Below, in pieces: positions 57,201 to 64,000 of a stretch of 64,000 bases of DNA. A program made the translations under genes and the position numbers. Origin of the DNA: Enoplolaimus lenunculus (Eukaryota); contig JASANG010001276.1 of NCBI GenBank assembly GCA_030248215.1, positions 124,001 to 188,000 on the forward strand, given 5' to 3'. Every line of letters begins with the position of its first letter. Within the stretch, counting starts at the first letter, position 1. The notes below the pieces were generated by a model. It was not told the origin of the DNA, searched no databases, and saw only the letters and a list, made by a program, of their open reading frames with translations.

Positions 57201-60200
57201 CCAACAGAAACTTTGCAGAATATTAAGTACAATTTTGATAAAACATGACTTGTTTGTGAGACATTTGCTGGGTTTCTGAAATCTTATTTAAGTATTTACT
57301 TAGGTTATGCTTAAGTAATTATTTAAGTCGGCGACTTCAGTAAGTATTTAAATTTTCGACCACAACCAAAGAAACCCCTAATATCGGCCATTGAAAGGAC
57401 AAGGAACTGAGTCTACAATTTCAATTAGACCAAAGTTAGTATGCTTGAGCGGTTAATTCGTAGTATATCAAATTTAGTCAGCGACTTAAAAGTATTTACT
57501 TAACCTAAGTAGCCAATATGTTTTTCTACCTTTGCTAAATTATAAATACGATTTTGTACACTTTTCGACGTTGTAGTCAAAGGTGTGCTGCGAGTTGACG
57601 CAGAAACCGATGTACTCGTTCGCGCTAATGACGATGATGACGTATATAGCGAAAACGGGAAATATGGACAGCAAGAATGCTGCTCTGAGCACGAATTGAT
57701 ATCACATACAGCTCGATGAGTTGAATTGCACCTAAACCATAAGAGTGTCGATTAACAATATTTCAGTCTGTAACTACTTTAGGACTGTTCCGACTGTTGG
57801 TTTAGTTTCGTTCGTTCAGCTCGGTAAAATTTAAAGGATTGCGCTATACATTTTGACATGCGGCACCGTTCGTCACCATGCGGTATCGTATGCAAATAAA
57901 ACTCACTTACGATAACGTGTGGTGACGAATGGTGACGAACGGTGACGGATGGCACCGTACGGATGACGCACGGTGACGGCCGGCGCCGTATGGGTGACGC
58001 ACGTTGACGGACAACGCCGGACGTCAAGTATAGCGCAACCCTAATCTGTCTTCAGCATTTTGTACAATTTAATATCTACGAAAGAAACAAACCATGATCC
58101 ACAATTCGTTGCGGAATGATTCCGAGCGATCGACGCATTGTGGCTTTACGAAATTGTGCTAAATATTTCAATTTGGTGCGCGGTGAGAATATCGCTACAA
58201 ACAACACCACAAGTTGTGTGTGCTAACTGTGCAAAATTCAAAAGTGAACATTCGCCATTCTAAAGTCAGAAAAACGAACTAAAGAAATCTGGCACGGGTG
58301 CGTTTGATTCAGCGGTCGTTATATTACATCTGAACGTGTGTTCAGTGGTGTAAAGCAAGCACTCGACGTGTTGCGTGACATTTGTGCATGATAGCAACAG
58401 TAATAAATATGCAATTTTTAATACTTCCACGGCCTTACTTACAGTGCTGATATTGATGCATTATAATAACATACTGCCAAGTAAAACGGTTCCTTCAATC
58501 GATACGGTATTGGTATTGATTGCAAGTTTGACGCAGTTTCAGCACATGTTCCAAGCGCACATCCAACGAAATGAGCTGAATTTGAGGTCATCTAATATAT
58601 GATTAATAAATATTTGTCTCGAGGGTACAACATTTTATTTAGGGCCAAAATAGCCAAAACACACGCACTGAACCGAGAAATGCTTGTATGTATTTTTGAA
58701 ATTGTTTAAGCGCATGTGCAAGGTTGCAGATATTATCAGCGATTACTGCAGATTTAGCGAATACAAAAACTATAACACTATGGACTAAACCTTTAGCCGG
58801 ATGTGACCGGTCACCAGGTTCTGATCGAAAATTCGTTGGCAAAGTGCGTTTGACAAGTTAATACCACTGCCGGCTGCTAATAGTCGAAACTAGAAAATGT
58901 ACTTTGTTACGAAACAAGCAAAGTAAATACCTGTAAATACGACTGACATGAATTACAACTGGTTCCAGTACAAAGTCCCGTTTGATTATCGTATTCATGA
59001 TAAGAATCATACCAAGCTTGTACGATGCCGTGAGCCATTTGACTTATGTCAGACACAGGACCTGCGACCTTCATGCTTAACCGACCATACTGGACAACTT
59101 GCACTGTGTTACAGCGGCACGCGTCATATTTCGCTTTTCTTTCGAGTTTGAGACTCCACGACTTAAAAATATTGCAATAATTATTCATTATATATATATG
59201 TATATATGTATATATGTATATATGTATATATATATATGTATATATATATATATGTATATATATATAGATATATATATCCACGCGCACAGTCAGGATTTTC
59301 AATTGAGACAGGTACAGGCAAACCAAAAGGTACACTACAGGTTGACTTTTGAACAAATCGCCAGCGAAGTGAACGGAAAGTAAAACTTGGTGCAATTTTA
59401 AATTTGCTAAAAAGTTTATGTGAATTCGAAACGGTGTTGCTAGTTTCCTAAATTCGTACTTACCGTAGTTTAATGCAACAACTACTAATCGTTTCACGGT
59501 TCATGAATTATAAATTGGAAGGCCTACAACCCCCAGCGTCCATTCCTGGCGGCGCATCTGAGAGTACAATTAAATAACGCGTTCGCCCACGACGAACGCA
59601 AGCTGGGGCAAGAAAACGCCATTAGACTTACGCTCTCTGGCCAGAGAACAGCTTCACTATTGCACAAATGACAAACCTACCCGGTATTTGTGATGTCTGA
59701 CAATATTTAAATTTAACCCAAAATCTCCGTATAAACGATTTCACTTATCTTGCAGCTTTAGCCCGAACAATGAATCTGCTAATCATTTAAAACTACACAA
59801 CCTCTGTAAAAAGCTTAATTTTCAAACATACTCACAAACTCATTCAGGTTAATATCAATTAAATTTCAAATTTCACGGTTTCAAAACGTAATACTTCACG
59901 AGCTGGATTGGCAGCAAGTTTTAAAATTACACTCGAAACGGATTCGAATATTATCAATATTCATCCTTGTGATATGAAACAAAATTGTACCCGTATAACA
60001 TGTAGGTGGGCTTTAATTGGTCCAAATGTACCAGGTGTACGATTGCATAAGTTGTATGAACATTATCGACCCAAGTTACAGTCATACTGCTTATTCATTT
60101 GATACAAATTTATAATGTCGGTGCCACGGCACTAATTTAGCCATATTTTCATAAATATTTCACAGTGGCATTAAAAAAGATCGGCCCATGTGAAGATAAC

Positions 60201-60714
60201 GGGCGGAACTTTAATCTGTGGGACTAGAAAAGAGTAAGCTTTAAGCTCTAGACTATTTTTTGCCTGGCTTAGGCTTAGGCTTACGCTTAGGCTTAGGCTT
60301 AGGCTTAGGCTTACGCTTAGGCTTAGGCTTACGCTTAGGCTTAGGCTTACGCTTAGGCTTACGCTTAGGCTTAGGCTTAAGCTTATGTATATGCTTATAA
60401 TACTGTTCCGCCTGTGTTCTTTTCATTGGCCAAACGATCAATCTGGTTCCACAAAACGTTAATCATACCAAATTACGAATTGTTATATCGCCAAAGTCGA
60501 ACGCGATTGTTGATCGAATTTCATTCTGTACATCAATGAACACATTGTTCGCTTTAGTTTCCCATCCAAGGAAGTAAGGATCGCAAAACGAAGGCGGTCT
60601 GATCACCGATTTGTCATATTCTGATGCATCGCTGTTATCGTGTGTTTGACCAGAAATTGCAACATCAATCATCAGTATGAACCAGATCAAAATTGTAAAA
60701 ATACCATTAGACAT
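43447..60714 (-). CDS. Adhesion-class GPCR (signal peptide - CAP/SCP - Cys/Ser/Thr linker - GAIN/GPS - 7TM), about 16 exons: 60714-60469, 59161-58931, 58591-58443, 57731-57530, 56439-56293, 55453-55359, 54519-54212, (53713-53679), (53547-53493), 52951-52719, 50229-50083, 48536-48412, 47617-47307, 46300-46231, 44885-44660, 43728-43447; about 950 aa
   Basis: GPS motif CGYWD...WGTEGC...CECNHMTDYALLM. GAIN-type YSFRIFNSTALF. Family-B TM signatures CIISAAVLHW, FCWIR, INIALF, LLMGLPW and FGYINAAQG. All junctions are GT-AG and phase-compatible. The two bracketed small exons are tentative, and other small exons may have been missed. Confidence 0.85.
45310..45529. mobile_element. Palindromic MITE with CACTGCAAAAAATGGTGAGTCAAATTGACTC TIR; other copies at about 43915-44128, 48076-48323 and 55122-55322
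   Basis: Four dispersed fold-back copies of about 200-250 bp. The best-preserved ends read CACT...AGTG, and several are flanked by TA. Confidence 0.7.
48202..48297. repeat. (GA)n(GT)n microsatellite inside a CACT-ended MITE
   Basis: Direct reading of the sequence. Confidence 0.97.
48928..49123. repeat. 28-bp minisatellite, 7 units (CCCCTTGGCAGACCCGTAGCCAGTTCAC)
   Basis: Direct tandem copies with no spacers. Confidence 0.95.
49556..49787. repeat. Tandem repeat of about 89 bp, about 2.6 copies
   Basis: CCCATATTCC..AAAACT.GT.AGGTTTGGAAAT recurs three times. Confidence 0.85.
50834..52172. mobile_element. Solo LTR (1339 bp) in the GPCR intron
   Basis: TGTAGG...CTCACA termini are flanked by an exact 5-bp TSD GCCAC (50829-50833 and 52173-52177). 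It has internal direct duplications, an AATAAA near 52058 and no coding core. Confidence 0.75.
53857..54170 (-). mobile_element. Two tandem tRNA-derived SINE-like units of about 154 bp
   Basis: The minus strand reads GTGTAGTGGTAGCATGCTTGGCTC...GAGGTTCGATTCCCGGCGTGGTCA (A-box and B-box like). The unit is duplicated head to tail. Confidence 0.6.
55891..56105. mobile_element. Merlin-like MITE, second subfamily (GGCCCATGTTACTT TIR) with TTAGGC repeats
   Basis: 8-bp TSD GCAGTTTT / GCAGTTTC. Relatives at about 2214-2312, 5456-5600 and 43246-43389. Confidence 0.6.
56893..57170. mobile_element. Harbinger-like MITE (AAGCCCT.TTCAC..GTGCAAG TIR); intact relative of the copy hit by the Gypsy element
   Basis: Inverted termini AAGCCCTATTCACAAGTGCAAG / CTTGCACGTGTAAATGGGGCTT. 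Related segments at about 19740-19860 and 20875-21020. Confidence 0.6.
60183..60431. mobile_element. Merlin-like MITE carrying a TTAGGC/TTACGC array (60269-60378)
   Basis: Termini GGCCCATG / CATTGGCC. Near-perfect 8-bp TSD (AAAAGATC / AAACGATC). About 18 hexamers internally. Confidence 0.65.
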
Positions 60715-63646
60715 AACATAATATTCTCGTGTGCCTAATTTCTGAAAGTAAAGGAAACTTGACGGTGTCTTTTTACGCATATGTCGCACCCAAGCGTTTA
60801 CCGCCGTGTGGTTTCAAGAAATCCAAACAACTACTGCAATGCAAACTGATTTGAATCGATACAATTGTTGACGCCAGGGTTGCAACCGGAACTAAATTTT
60901 GTCGGAAGCGGAGTTGGAATCAAATTTTTCTGTCGGAACTGGGATCGGAATCGGAGTTAAGTTTTAGTAATTCTGTTACAAAATTTAAAGGTGTATGACT
61001 TTTAACTTTTGCTGCAGTGTGCCTGTTTCCGTTACTACTGTTCACTGTTTCAGCAAAATTTTTTAATATAGCTGACGGAATACACGTAACAACTCGGAGT
61101 ATCTACTAAGAAAAAACCAACAGAATAATTGTCAATGAACGAAACAAAACGAATTAAGCAAAATCTAAGTTCAGTCAACTTAAAAACTCATAACCGGAAA
61201 ATCAGAATTCCAGCATCAGAACAGCAGTCAGGCGGAATCGGATTAGAAAGTCAAATTTTACCGGAATTTTAGCCGGAATCGGAATTCCGATGGAACCCTG
61301 GTTGAGGCTGGAACATTGGAGACTGAATCATTGATACACCTTGACACTGCAAGACTGAGATACTGCCAGACTATAACGATTTTAAACTCATAGAAACTTA
61401 GACTACTGCGTGATTTGAAAACATTTCAGTGTTCGATGTTTCACAGTCTTCCAGGGTGCTAGCCGATATGGGACGTGTTACACTTTGAGGAGTAATGATA
61501 ATATAAGCATATTGCTATTAAACGTTAAAGCCTAAGCCTCAGCGTAAGGATAAGCCTATACATTTAGCCAAAGCCTAAAGTCAAAGTAAACAAAGTTTAT
61601 GATGGGCCACTATGTATTTTCTCAAACAGGCAAGACGAAAGCGTCGTATGGGTGAAAATAGTATGATGGAAATGCCAAAACAATAGCACTTATATAAATA
61701 CTAAAAACAGTTGCTTCACATTCAGTCACAGCCCTATTATCTTATGACATTTAAAGTGTTTGCACGTGAAATCTTAATGATCTTAAAAACGCTTAACACC
61801 TGTTCATATTAGCCGTCTATTAGTGTTAAAATTTAATATTCTTTTTCTTTTAATTCAATTGCATGACCAACTAAACTAAAATGAATACGGAAACCTCATA
61901 AATCAGAAGAATTTCATTAGGCGACGAAAACAAACTTGTGATTATGAACGAAATTTCTAAAACTCGGCATTCGATTACGGTTTGTGATTTATTTTTAACT
62001 CGCCTTCCACAGCCCTTCATAACTGACATATATCCGGTATTGCAACTATCCATTCTGACTTAAACGTTTGTCTTGTATCAAAAGCTTGAGCGATAATGCA
62101 AGCTATACATAGGAACGTGCTTTCAAAGCTTAAGTATGCTGTAATGTTTCGAATTTAAGTTTATTTGATCCTGGAGTCATTTATTCGCTACAATTGAAGA
62201 TAATTGACATCTATGGACTCGCACTAGGGTTTAGTGACTCTATCCGCTTACGGACTTTCATTAGGGATACGAACTTCTATTGATTGGGACTCAAAATGGG
62301 GACCCCCGCCTTATTATTACCCCCTCTTATTCGGGTCACTATAGTACTGACTAATAAATACTTGCATTAACCACCTGAAATTGAGTTGATTTGTTTTATC
62401 TTCGCCTATTTTAAACCACTGCATCAGAGATAATATCGAATGTCAAGCTTTCCTCGAACTATATATCAGAGTGTAATCGGATATCCGTTTCCTTTTCCGG
62501 TAAAATCGGTGCCCGTTTCCGTTTCCGTTATTGAAGTAACGGATATTCTGTTTTTTACGTTCAAAATTAATTATAAATAACGTAAATAACTCCCAGTTTT
62601 TCTTTACAGATATGCTACAATTGTTTGAAATGAAATAAAAATCACGAAATCTATCCAAAGTACTTAAAAATTTCCATGCATCCGCCATTTTTTCTTTAAT
62701 ATTTTTCAAAAACCGGTGAATATATGCACGCCATAATTAGGTTGGCAGAAAAATAAAACATTTTTGAAACTTTTGTACTTCAATATGTCTCCCGTTTCCG
62801 TTTCGGTTATTTTGATCACTGCCCGTTTCCGCTATTTTTCCTATTCGTTACACCCTGCTATATATGCACCTGAGTCGTTTTACGTTCCAAGAAGAAAGAA
62901 CCAACCTATACTTAATAGGCGGGCATAAATGTTTTGAAACGCAATTTTTCACTAAAAACTTTTCTATGAGGGAAAAATGTAAGGTAGGAGGGACCTTTGC
63001 GGCGGCGTCCGGCGGCTGAAGAAAATCACTGGCTATTTACTAGGTATATATCAACATTTTATAGCACATGATAGGTGAGATGGCCTAAAAATGGTGTCTG
63101 TCGGCTAGCTGGTAAACACACTTGTGTGATTGGATACGGTAAAAATCTGGCCATTCTATAGAACAGGGCCGCAAGCATATTACCAAGCCGCAGCCAAAGC
63201 CTAGGCGTAAGAACGAGATTATACGTAAGTCTAAGCCTAAGAAAAAAATTAGTCCAAAGCTTAAGCTTACTCTATTCGCAGCTCCATAGAAAAACGTTTC
63301 GCCCCTAACTTTTACATGGGCAGACCCTTTTGTCAACGCGAAGATAGTTAGTTAAAATTTGGTCGTTTCTTTTATTTCGAACAGAACAATGCTGCCAAAC
63401 CAGTTTGGTCTTTGAACAGAAAAACAATTGGCTTATCGTAAATTCACAACGGAATTTGGACATACAATTTAAAACAATTTCGTAAAAATTAACTGTTATC
63501 TGAAAACGCGACGCTAGCAGAAAAGAAACTTGCAACATAACAAGGGTTTCTTGCTCAAACATACTATTATTAGCACAAGTACAACCTTACAATAAACACC
63601 TAAGTTACTTTTTCATAGAAACTAATTATGCACACAAAGTTGTGTA

Positions 63647-63983
63647 CTGTAATGACCCGAATAAGAGGTGAGGAGGACTGATATTTATTTGGCCTCTCCC
63701 GAGGGTACCCCCTTGTGATTCGGTTACGGACTGTTATTTATTTTTAACCCACGTTCTGCCACCCTTCGTTAAAGTACGCCTTAAAGATTCGAACTCAATT
63801 TAATTTTGTCCTGGAGTCATTTATCCACTACAGTTAGAAATAACTGACCTTCATGGACTCTAATTAGAATTTAGTGACTCTATCCGCTTACGGACTCTTA
63901 TTAGGGATACGAAATCCTATTGATTGGGACTCAAAACAGGACCCCCTCTTATTAAACCACACCCTCTTATTGGGTCACTGCAG
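63647..63983. mobile_element. TA-flanked MITE (CTGTA.TGACCCGAATAAGAGG TIR); relatives at about 1094-1490, 49790-49912 and 62150-62345
   Basis: Inverted termini flanked by TA. Internal sequence is shared with the other copies. Confidence 0.6.
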
Positions 63984-64000
63984 TATTAGCTGTTGCAAGA

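Noticed and set aside
58090..58335. Additional small GPCR exons between CAP exon 3 and the stalk exon (also about 48010-48050)
   Set aside because: Candidate AG/GT pairs exist, but I could not build a convincing phase-consistent path with good splice sites. The model is already in frame without them.
60269..60378. True chromosome end or telomere
   Set aside because: The array is short, mixed with TTACGC variants, enclosed by MITE TIRs and located in an intron.

Overview
Eukaryotic, intron-rich, AT-rich animal DNA. The interstitial TTAGGC hexamers point to a nematode, but the species cannot be determined from this window. Three spliced host genes can be reconstructed by hand with phase-consistent GT-AG junctions: a ZNF800-like zinc-finger gene (minus, 8144-19232), snurportin-1 (plus, 33343-40569) and an adhesion-class GPCR (minus, 43447-60714). 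A young, near-intact Ty3/Gypsy LTR retrotransposon (21021-29600, 5-bp TSD ATGTG) lies between the first two genes. Introns and intergenic DNA are packed with non-autonomous elements, often nested: hAT-type, Merlin-like, CACT-ended and Harbinger-like MITEs, DINE-1/Helentron-like elements, tRNA-derived SINE heads and a solo LTR. Two observations stand out. First, the retrotransposon integrase ends in a complete C4HC3 PHD finger with a two-tryptophan, H3K4me3-reader-like signature, at the position where chromoviruses carry a chromodomain. Second, the adhesion GPCR ectodomain begins with a His-less CAP/SCP-TAPS domain ahead of the GAIN/GPS and 7TM regions. A MITE family that carries telomeric TTAGGC arrays is also notable. 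All family assignments come from motif recognition, not database searches.
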